The notes beneath the pieces are model-generated. The model was not told the origin of the DNA. It made no database searches and was given only the letters and a program-made list of their open reading frames with translations. From Burkholderiales bacterium (GTDB lineage Bacteria; Pseudomonadota; Gammaproteobacteria; Burkholderiales; WYBJ01), in contig JBIKKL010000002.1 in the NCBI GenBank assembly GCA_044360365.1, positions 1 to 40,499 of the forward strand: DNA of 40,499 nucleotides. The letters run 5' to 3'. The translations under genes were made by a program, and so were the position numbers. Below are positions 16,284 through 23,746 of this stretch, in pieces (position 1 is the first letter of the stretch; every line of letters starts with the position of its first letter).

Positions 16284-17528
16284 TCAGACGATCCTGTCCG
16301 CACGCAGGCGTTCGATTCGCCCGGCATCGTAGCCGAGCAGACTGCCGAGCACGCTCTGCGTGTGCTCGCCGAGCCGGGGCGGGGCCATGCGCACACCGGC
16401 TTCGGCGCCGTCGACCCGAATGCCGAGCCCGACCTGCGGAATCGCGCGGCCGTCGACATCCAGCCGATAGACGACACCGCGCTCCTGCAGCGCAGGATCC
16501 GTTGCGACCTCGTCGACGCGATAGATCGGCCCGGCCGGCACGTTCGCCTTCGCGAGCAAGGGCAACCAGTGATCGCGCGGGCGGGTCTTCAACACGGCAG
16601 CGATGCGCTCGACGATCTCGGCACGTGCCGCCTGGCGCTGCGCGTTGGTCGCGTACCTGGGATCTTCGCCGACCGCGGGCTCGCCCACCGCACTCCAGAA
16701 GCGCTTCCAGATGCCGTCGTTACCGAGCCCGAGATTCAACGGCGCATCGGCCGCATGAAACACCTGGTAGACCGCAATGACACTGTCTTTCGCGCCGGTA
16801 CGCCGGGGCACGATGCCGGAGCCGAGAAAGGGCACGATGCGCGGGGCCATGAATCGCGTCATGCTGTCGACCATGGCGACATCCAGCACATGGCCTCGGC
16901 CGGTGCGGGCACGATCGAAGAGTGCCGCGAGCGTCACCATTGCGGCGTCCATGCCGGCGATGAGATCTGCCGCCGGCGTGCCGACCTTCTGCGGATCATT
17001 CTCCGCCTCGCCGGTCAGATCCATCACGCTCGAGTAGCCTTCGGCGATGAGGTCGTAGCACGGCATGTCGGCGCGCGCACCCTGCAACCCGAATCCCGTC
17101 AGGGACACATGGACGATATCCCTGCGCAGCGCGGACAGCGTGGCCGGGTCGATGCCGAGCTTGCGCTGCGCGCGGCTGACGAGATTCACCAGCACGACAT
17201 CGCACTGTTTCACGAGATCGTGCAGCACGGCACGTCCGGCATCACCCGCGAAATCGAGCGTGATCGACTGCTTGTTGCGGTTCACCGAAAGAAACCAGAG
17301 CGACTCGCCATCGAGGAACGGCGGCCCCCAGGCACGACAATCGTCGCCCCGGCCGGGGCGCTCGACCTTGATCACCTCCGCGCCGAGATCGGCCAGCAGC
17401 ATCGTGGCGTAAGGCCCGGCAATGGAGGTCGTAAGGTCCAGAATACGGACCCCGGCAAGCAGATCGAAGCCCGCCGTAAGCGTCCGGGACGGCAGGCCGT
17501 TCAGGGGCAGCGTAGCGTCGGCGCTCAT
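16284..17528 (-). CDS. family III CoA-transferase
   Basis: ATG at 17528. LLAGVRILDLTTSIAGPYATMLLADLGAEVIKVERPGRGDDCRAWGPPF. The track ORF start at 17678 is an upstream extension. Confidence 0.85.
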   Translation of the reverse strand: MSADATLPLNGLPSRTLTAGFDLLAGVRILDLTTSIAGPYATMLLADLGAEVIKVERPGRGDDCRAWGPPFLDGESLWFLSVNRNKQSITLDFAGDAGRAVLHDLVKQCDVVLVNLVSRAQRKLGIDPATLSALRRDIVHVSLTGFGLQGARADMPCYDLIAEGYSSVMDLTGEAENDPQKVGTPAADLIAGMDAAMVTLAALFDRARTGRGHVLDVAMVDSMTRFMAPRIVPFLGSGIVPRRTGAKDSVIAVYQVFHAADAPLNLGLGNDGIWKRFWSAVGEPAVGEDPRYATNAQRQAARAEIVERIAAVLKTRPRDHWLPLLAKANVPAGPIYRVDEVATDPALQERGVVYRLDVDGRAIPQVGLGIRVDGAEAGVRMAPPRLGEHTQSVLGSLLGYDAGRIERLRADRIV

Positions 17529-17763
17529 CGGTGCTCTCGTGGATTCGGCAGTGTTGGGAGGACGCGGCCCGCCCGGGAGCGTGCCGTCGATATGCGAGCC
17601 GAGGTTACCATAGCCGGCACGACGCGCTGCCCCTCGGCCGACAGCCGCATCCCGGGCGTCGCGATGCGTAATCCACACGACCGCGCCTGTTCGCGACTAC
17701 GCCGCATCGAGCCTCCGACCACCCTTTCCCGGCACCCGCGGTGAGGGTTAACATCGAAGGGTC

Positions 17764-18162
17764 ATGACCTCAGTCCGTCGCCTGCGCATCGTCAGCTGGA
17801 TCGCGATGTTCGCCCTCCTCGCGAGCGTGCTCGCGCCCGTCGCCGTGCGCGCGATGGCGGTGTGGACGGGTTCGTCCTCGCCGTGGGACGAGATCTGTAC
17901 CGCCTTCGGCATCAAGAAGGCTTCGTCCCCCGTTTCGGCGACCACGCAAACGCCCGACGACTCGGGCGGCACCCGAGCCCAGGGTGATTGCCCATTCTGC
18001 CTGCCGAGCGGGAACCCCGCCGCGCTGCCCGCCCAACCCTCGGGTGTGCCGCCGGCCGTCGAGCGTGACAACGCCCGATATCTGTTCTTCTTCATCAGCG
18101 CTGCGCCGCCTCGCGTCCTTACGGACAACGCGCAGCCACGCGCCCCGCCACACTCCGCCTGA
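17764..18162 (+). CDS. DUF2946-family protein (signal peptide, CxxC motif), copper-associated
   Basis: MTSVRRLRIVSWIAMFALLASVLAPVAVRAMA, then a low-complexity linker, the motif GDCPFCLP, and a tail ending PRAPPHSA. The layout matches my recollection of DUF2946. Sits upstream of a PCu(A)C chaperone gene. Confidence 0.7.
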   Translation: MTSVRRLRIVSWIAMFALLASVLAPVAVRAMAVWTGSSSPWDEICTAFGIKKASSPVSATTQTPDDSGGTRAQGDCPFCLPSGNPAALPAQPSGVPPAVERDNARYLFFFISAAPPRVLTDNAQPRAPPHSA

Positions 18163-18234
18163 TCGGTTCCCCTCGGCCGCGCGTCGCCCTCGTTAGGGTC
18201 GCGCGTCTCTTGCATCGTTCATGAGGAACACACC

Positions 18235-18570
18235 GTGTCGGGTTCGACCAAACTCGCTACGTTCTTGAGCATCATCGGTACGCTCGCCCTCGGGCCGCTG
18301 ATTTGGTTCATCGCGGTTGTACTGGCCCCCGCCCTGTTGCCCACACCGCAGCCCCAGCAAATGCAGTTGATTCCGGTTTATCCGGCGCCCAGTCCGCCTA
18401 CGGAGTTGCAAGCCTCCGTTCGTACGGCGGACGCACGCTTGCCCTACCGCAGCACGCCGGAACCCATCCCGGACCGCTGGCGGTTTCGCGCCGACGGCAC
18501 GCTCGAGATGCTGCTCGAAAGCAGATCGTCCACCTATTCATCCCACCCCCCACCCAGGAGCCAACCATGA
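18235..18570 (+). CDS. small single-pass membrane protein, proline-rich, no family recognised
   Basis: GTG at 18235 lies 6 nt after GAGGAA. The TM segment is LATFLSIIGTLALGPLIWFIAVVLAPALL. Its TGA overlaps the ATG of the next gene (ATGA at 18567-18570). Third-position GC is high. Confidence 0.5.
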   Translation: MSGSTKLATFLSIIGTLALGPLIWFIAVVLAPALLPTPQPQQMQLIPVYPAPSPPTELQASVRTADARLPYRSTPEPIPDRWRFRADGTLEMLLESRSSTYSSHPPPRSQP

Positions 18571-19025
18571 AGAAAGTCATCCTCTCCACCCTCGTCCTCG
18601 CCGCGCTGAGCGGCCCCGTCGCCGCTCAAGTGAAGGTCGGCGATCCCTGGGTTCGCGCCACCGTACCGCAGCAGAAAGCAACCGGTGCGTTCATGAGCCT
18701 GACGGCGGAGAAAGGCACGCGGCTCGTGGAGGCGAAGTCGCCGGTGGCCGGTGTCGTCGAGATCCACGAGATGGCAATGGAAAACAACGTAATGAAGATG
18801 CGTGCCATCCCCGGTCTCGACCTGCCGGCAGGCAAGCCCGTCGAATTGAAGCCGGGCGGTTACCACGTCATGTTGATGGAGCTGAAGGAGCAGATGAAGG
18901 ACGGGCAGTCCGTCCCCATCACGCTCGTCGTCGAGGACAAGGACAAGAAGCGTCAGTCGATCGAGATCAAGGCCGTGGTGCGCCCGCTGACGCAGACCAT
19001 GAAGAAAAGCGGTCACAGTCACTAA
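18567..19025 (+). CDS. periplasmic copper chaperone PCu(A)C (DUF461)
   Basis: AGGAG precedes the ATG at 18567. Signal peptide MKKVILSTLVLAALSGPVAA. EIHEMAMENNVMKM-x21-HVM fits H(M)X10MX21HXM exactly when counted in the translation. Confidence 0.9.
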   Translation: MKKVILSTLVLAALSGPVAAQVKVGDPWVRATVPQQKATGAFMSLTAEKGTRLVEAKSPVAGVVEIHEMAMENNVMKMRAIPGLDLPAGKPVELKPGGYHVMLMELKEQMKDGQSVPITLVVEDKDKKRQSIEIKAVVRPLTQTMKKSGHSH

Positions 19026-19058
19026 ACCACAGGCCGGCGGCAGACAAGTTGCAGTTGC

Positions 19059-19811
19059 ATGTCTTGCCCCGGCTCATCGCGAATCATGAACTACGATCCA
19101 AGAATCGGTGGTGCAACTTCTAATTGCGTGCGGGGATGGAGCAGTTTTCTCGTCGCCGCCGCGTTCATTTCAGGGGCGTTTGCTGCGTTCGATGCAGCCG
19201 GCGCCGAGAACGCCTCCTCCCGCCGCTTCGACGACGCCGCCCGCTGGTCGACGGTGTTCGACGATCCCGCGCGCGACGAATGGCAGAATCCCGAAGGGAT
19301 TCTTCAGGGTCTCGAGCTTGCTCCCGACTCGATCGTTGCCGACATCGGCGCGGGAACAGGCTACTTCAGCGCGAAGCTCGCGCGCGCCGTGCCCCGCGGC
19401 AGGGTCTACGCCGTCGACATCGAACCTTCCATGGTGGCGCATCTGCGCGAACGCTTCGCCGCCGCGGGTGCCGCAAACGTCGAAGCGATCCAGGCCTCGC
19501 GCGACAGCCCCAATCTCCCCGAAGCGGTCGATGCCGTGCTGCTCGTGAACGTGCAGAGCCTGGTCGCGAATCCGGGCGATTACTTCCTGCGTCTGAAGAC
19601 ACGCCTCAGGCCGAACGCGCGCGTAGCCATCGTGTCGACGCGGCCGGATGCCGAGCGTGGCGCAGTGAAGTCGATGCGGCGCCCGCCTGAACACGTGAAG
19701 CGCGAAATGGCCAGGCAGGGTTACGTACTGTATGCCGAGCACGACATTCTGAAGTACCAGTACTTCCTGGTGTTCAAAGCCGACGGTCCGTCGCCAGACG
19801 CAGGTCGCTAA
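19059..19811 (+). CDS. class I SAM-dependent methyltransferase with hydrophobic, signal-like N-terminus
   Basis: SFLVAAAFISGAFAAFDAAGA, then FDDAARWSTVFDDPARDEWQNPEGIL...VADIGAGTGYFSAKLA...VYAVDIEP. The start is ambiguous (ATG 19059, ATG 19086 or GTG 19128) and none has a good SD. Confidence 0.75.
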   Translation: MSCPGSSRIMNYDPRIGGATSNCVRGWSSFLVAAAFISGAFAAFDAAGAENASSRRFDDAARWSTVFDDPARDEWQNPEGILQGLELAPDSIVADIGAGTGYFSAKLARAVPRGRVYAVDIEPSMVAHLRERFAAAGAANVEAIQASRDSPNLPEAVDAVLLVNVQSLVANPGDYFLRLKTRLRPNARVAIVSTRPDAERGAVKSMRRPPEHVKREMARQGYVLYAEHDILKYQYFLVFKADGPSPDAGR

Positions 19812-19886
19812 TTCCCAGGCCAGACGAGCATTCCGCGCGTGCAGCCGCATCGCGTATCATCGCCGCGTCCATCCCGACGCGACGAC

Positions 19887-20504
19887 ATGAGCATCTACGC
19901 CTTCAAGCCGCGGTTCCAGGCATTGCTGCGCCCCATCGTGCGCGCTTTGCATCGAGCCGGGGTAACTGCCAATCAGGTGACCCTCTTCGCCTGCGTGATC
20001 TCGATTGCGGCAGGCACAGCGGTCGCGCTCAATGCGGACGATCTTCGCTGGTTCCTGCTCATTCCCGTCTGGTTCTTTCTGCGGATGGCATTCAATGCCA
20101 TCGACGGCATGCTCGCACGCGAGCATGATCAACGTTCGGTGCTGGGTGCGTATCTGAACGAACTGACTGATGTCGTTTCCGATGCCGCGCTCTACGTGCC
20201 TTTCGCCTTTTTGCCCGGCGTGCATCCGCTCGTCCTCGGCGGCGTCGTACTGCTGGCTGCCGTCAGCGAGATGACAGGCGTGCTCGGCAGTGCGCTCGGC
20301 GCCTCGCGGCGCTACGACGGACCCATGGGCAAGAGCGATCGGGCATTCGTCTTCGGTGCGCTCGGGCTCTCCATCGGTCTTGGCGTCGTCCCCGGGGAAT
20401 GGCTAACGTTCGTGCTCGCCGGTATCGGCCTGCTCGTCTGCCTGACGATCGTCAATCGGGTTCGACGCGGCATCGCAGAGATCGATTCAAGGAGTAGTGC
20501 ATGA
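19887..20504 (+). CDS. CDP-alcohol phosphatidyltransferase family membrane protein (YnbA-like)
   Basis: ATG at 19887. FNAIDGMLAREHDQRSVLGAYLNELTDVVSD matches DG-x2-AR-x8-G-x3-(D/N)-x3-D. Multiple TM segments. Confidence 0.85.
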   Translation: MSIYAFKPRFQALLRPIVRALHRAGVTANQVTLFACVISIAAGTAVALNADDLRWFLLIPVWFFLRMAFNAIDGMLAREHDQRSVLGAYLNELTDVVSDAALYVPFAFLPGVHPLVLGGVVLLAAVSEMTGVLGSALGASRRYDGPMGKSDRAFVFGALGLSIGLGVVPGEWLTFVLAGIGLLVCLTIVNRVRRGIAEIDSRSSA

Positions 20505-22318
20505 ACGATGCAGGTTCGCTCGGCGCGCCGAGTCGAGCGGCACAATCGATCGAGGGCAAGCGGATTGCCGAAACGCACACGTTCGTCACACACGACGGCA
20601 CCGAACTCTTCTATCGTCACTGGCCTGCAGCGCGACCAGGCGACCGACGCCGCGGCATCGTCCTGTTTCATCGCGGTCACGAGCATTCGGGGCGTCTGCA
20701 GCACGTGGTCGACGAACTCGCACTGGAGACCATCGACATGTTCGCCTGGGATGCACGCGGGCACGGCCGCTCGCCCGGCGAACGCGGCGACAGTCCGAGC
20801 TTCGGTGCTTCGGTGAAGGACATCGACAGGTTCGTCCGTCACATCGCGCAAGTGCACGACATCCCATCGACCGAGCTCGCCATCGTGGCACAGAGCATGG
20901 CCGCGGTGCTTGTCGCGACGTGGGTTCACGACTATGCGCCGCGCGTACGCTGCCTTGCGTTCACCTCGCCCGCCTTCAAGGTGAAGCTCTACGTGCCGTT
21001 CGCGCGGGCGGGTCTCGGGCTCATGTATCGCCTGCGCGGCAACTTCTTCGTCACCTCCTACGTCAAGGCGCGGTTCCTGACCCACGATCCGGAACGCATG
21101 CGCAGCTATGACGAGGATCCGCTGATCGCCCGCGCCATTTCCGTTCGCATCCTGCTCGGCCTGTACGAGGCGGCCGAGCGCATCGTCGCCGACGCGCAGT
21201 CCATCCGCGCGCCGCTCCTGCTGCTCGTATCCGATACGGACTGGGTCGTGCACCGAGGTCCGCAGGAAGCCTTCTTCGATCGCCTGGGCTCGAAGATCAA
21301 GGAGAAGCACGTCCTGCCGAATTTCCTGCACGACACCCTGGGGGAGAAGGATCGGCATCTTGCCATCGACCGGATCCGCGACTTCGTGCTGCGAATGTTC
21401 GAAGGCGAATGTGCTGCCGATTCGCAGCGCAAAGCCCATCGTGAGGGCCACGCCTACGATGAAGAGCAGTCGCTGCGTCGTCCGTTGCCCGCCCTCTCGC
21501 CGCGCAATCTCAACTTTGCACTGACGCGCCTGTCGATGCGCACGCTGGGTCGACTCTCGAGCGGCATCCGCCTCGGGCTCGCCACAGGCTTCGATTCCGG
21601 TGCATCGCTCGACTACGTCTATCGCAACCAGGCCGAGGGCAGACTCGGCCTGGGCAAGCTCATCGATCGAGGCTATCTCGATGCGATCGGCTGGCGTGGC
21701 GTGCGCATACGCCGCGAACATCTTCGCACTGCGATTGCCACTGCAGCGGATCGACTGAAAACGCACGGCAAGCCGATTCGATTCGCGGACATGGCCTCGG
21801 GTCCCGGCCGCTATGTTCTCGATGCGCTCGCCGAAGCCGGCGTGCAGCCGGAAGCCATCCTCCTGCGCGACATCGTGGAGGCAAACGTCCTCGCGTGCCG
21901 GAAGGAGATCGAACAACGCGACTTGCGATCGATCGCCCGCTGCGAGCGTGCGGATGCATTCGATCCCGCCTCGGTCGCAGCGCTCGATCCTGCCCCCACG
22001 CTGACGCTCGTCTCGGGTTTGTACGAACTTTTCTCCGACAACGCTCGTGTGAGCACATCGCTCGCCGCGATCGGTCGTGCGATGGCGCCCGGCAGTTGTC
22101 TCGTCTATACGGGTCAGCCTTGGCATCCGCAGCTCGAACTGATCGCACGCACCCTGACGAGCCACCGCGATGGGCAGCCGTGGATCATGCGCCGACGCAG
22201 TCAGGCGGAACTCGACGAACTGGTGCGTGATGCCGGATTCGAGAAGCTCGAGCAGTGGATCGACGCATGGGGCATGTTCACGGTATCGCTCGCGGTGCGC
22301 ACCGACGCCGGATCGTGA
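20501..22318 (+). CDS. bifunctional alpha/beta-hydrolase (lysophospholipase-like) / class I SAM-dependent methyltransferase (YnbC-like)
   Basis: AAGGAG lies 6 nt before the ATG at 20501, and ATGA overlaps the upstream stop. N-terminal half: GIVLFHRGHEHSGR...WDARGHGRSPG, elbow AQSMA, later SDTDWVV and FLHDTL. C-terminal half: ADMASGPGRYVLDAL (SAM motif I) ...LVSGLYELF. Confidence 0.85.
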   Translation: MNDAGSLGAPSRAAQSIEGKRIAETHTFVTHDGTELFYRHWPAARPGDRRRGIVLFHRGHEHSGRLQHVVDELALETIDMFAWDARGHGRSPGERGDSPSFGASVKDIDRFVRHIAQVHDIPSTELAIVAQSMAAVLVATWVHDYAPRVRCLAFTSPAFKVKLYVPFARAGLGLMYRLRGNFFVTSYVKARFLTHDPERMRSYDEDPLIARAISVRILLGLYEAAERIVADAQSIRAPLLLLVSDTDWVVHRGPQEAFFDRLGSKIKEKHVLPNFLHDTLGEKDRHLAIDRIRDFVLRMFEGECAADSQRKAHREGHAYDEEQSLRRPLPALSPRNLNFALTRLSMRTLGRLSSGIRLGLATGFDSGASLDYVYRNQAEGRLGLGKLIDRGYLDAIGWRGVRIRREHLRTAIATAADRLKTHGKPIRFADMASGPGRYVLDALAEAGVQPEAILLRDIVEANVLACRKEIEQRDLRSIARCERADAFDPASVAALDPAPTLTLVSGLYELFSDNARVSTSLAAIGRAMAPGSCLVYTGQPWHPQLELIARTLTSHRDGQPWIMRRRSQAELDELVRDAGFEKLEQWIDAWGMFTVSLAVRTDAGS

Positions 22319-23718
22319 GCGCCGGGCGCGGGTCGGTCGAACCGCATCCCTGGAAGACCGGGCTCGCGTGGCTCGCCTTTCTCGGCCCGTTCTTCTTTGC
22401 GAGCTACGGCTTCGCGAACTGGATGGCAGCCCAACGCACATCGGTAGGCGCGATCGTGTTCGAGTGGGAGCATGCGATCCCGTTCCTGCCCTGGACGATC
22501 GTTCCCTACTGGATCATCGATCTGCTCTACGGTATCTCGCTCGTGCTCTGCGCGACGAAAGCGCAGTTGCGAAATCACGTTGCCCGACTCTTCTTCGTGC
22601 AATGCGCGGCCGTGCTCTGCTTCCTCCTGTTTCCGCTGCGCTTCACTTTCGAGCGCCCCGTCGTCGACGGCAGCTTCGGCTGGATGTTCGCGGCACTGGA
22701 AAGCTTCGATCAACCGTTCAATCAGGCGCCGTCGCTGCACGTTGCATTGCTCGTGGTGCTGCTGCCCGTCTATCTGCGTGCTGTGCCGCCGCGCCTTCAC
22801 ATCGTCGTGCACGCGATCGCCCTGCTCATCGGCGTCTCCGTGCTCACCACATGGCAGCATCACTTCATCGACATTCCCACAGGGGTGTGGCTGGGCGTTT
22901 TCACCGTCTGGCTGCTGCGCGACGATGCGCCTCGGCAGCGGTGGCGATTAGAACGAGCCCGGTGCGCAATACGACGCCGACTGGCGGCATACTACGCGGC
23001 GGGCGGCGCCCTGTGCGCGGTCGCCGCAGTCGTCGGACAAGGGGCATGGCTCTGGCTCCTATGGCCCGCTTCCGCGCTGACTTTGGTTGCGCTCGTCTAC
23101 CTCATCGGTGACGGGCACGCCTACGCAAAGAACGAGCACGGCAACCTGTCGGTCGCGAGTCGGCTTCTGTTCGGCCCGTACCTGGTCGGCGCCCGAATCA
23201 ATGCGCTGCTCTGGACACGGCGCGATCCGCAGGCCGCCGAAGTGCACGGGAACGTCTACATCGGCAGTATCGTCAGACCCTGGCTGCACAGCACATCGCG
23301 TTCCGCGGCCGTGGTGGATCTCTGTGCGGAGATCAGCGGCAACGCCAACGAACGGCACTACGCAGCGATCCCGATGCTGGACCTCGTCGCGCCGACCCCA
23401 GACGAGATCACTCGCGCCGTTCATCGCATCGTCGAGGCGCACCGCCACGGCCCCGTGCTCGTGGCGTGCGCCCTCGGCTACTCGCGCAGTGCATCGGCAA
23501 TCGTCGCGTGGATCGTACACACGGGACGGGAAGCGTCGATCGAATCGGCCGTCGAGCGACTGCGCCGGATCCGGCCTCGCATCGTGCTCGGAGAGGACCA
23601 TCGCCAGGCAGTTCGCGCCTTTCTGAACACCGTGCCGTGTGACCTCGGGCGCATCGAACCGATAGCTGGGCCTATCCCGATGGATCCTGCCTTGCCGGAC
23701 CGACCGGCAACGCGCTGA
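22315..23718 (+). CDS. PAP2-type (sphingomyelin/IPC-synthase-like) membrane domain fused to a dual-specificity (CX5R) phosphatase domain (YnbD-like)
   Basis: The GTG at 22315 overlaps the upstream TGA (GTGA). Membrane half carries NQAPSLHVALLV and TTWQHHFIDIPTG. C-terminal half carries HGPVLVACALGYSRSASAIVAWI (C-x5-R-S P-loop). Confidence 0.8.
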   Translation: MSAGRGSVEPHPWKTGLAWLAFLGPFFFASYGFANWMAAQRTSVGAIVFEWEHAIPFLPWTIVPYWIIDLLYGISLVLCATKAQLRNHVARLFFVQCAAVLCFLLFPLRFTFERPVVDGSFGWMFAALESFDQPFNQAPSLHVALLVVLLPVYLRAVPPRLHIVVHAIALLIGVSVLTTWQHHFIDIPTGVWLGVFTVWLLRDDAPRQRWRLERARCAIRRRLAAYYAAGGALCAVAAVVGQGAWLWLLWPASALTLVALVYLIGDGHAYAKNEHGNLSVASRLLFGPYLVGARINALLWTRRDPQAAEVHGNVYIGSIVRPWLHSTSRSAAVVDLCAEISGNANERHYAAIPMLDLVAPTPDEITRAVHRIVEAHRHGPVLVACALGYSRSASAIVAWIVHTGREASIESAVERLRRIRPRIVLGEDHRQAVRAFLNTVPCDLGRIEPIAGPIPMDPALPDRPATR

Positions 23719-23746
23719 GGCAGGACGCGCCGAGACCGCTCCGACG

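Noticed and set aside
17748-18215. 155-aa minus-strand ORF over the DUF2946 locus
   Set aside because: It is antisense to a plus-strand ORF that has a signal peptide, a CxxC motif and a sensible operon context. Its own translation is Gly/Arg-rich and featureless.
4053-19811. Idea that the two signal-peptide methyltransferases (4053-4907 and 19059-19811) are recent paralogues
   Set aside because: Outside the generic SAM motif I, the sequences do not align by eye (DLGSGDGRIPITAA versus DIGAGTGYFSAKLA, with different flanks and domain composition).
20312-22441. 709-aa minus-strand ORF
   Set aside because: Antisense to the hydrolase-methyltransferase gene. It has no recognisable domain, and the opposite strand has strong motifs and translational coupling.
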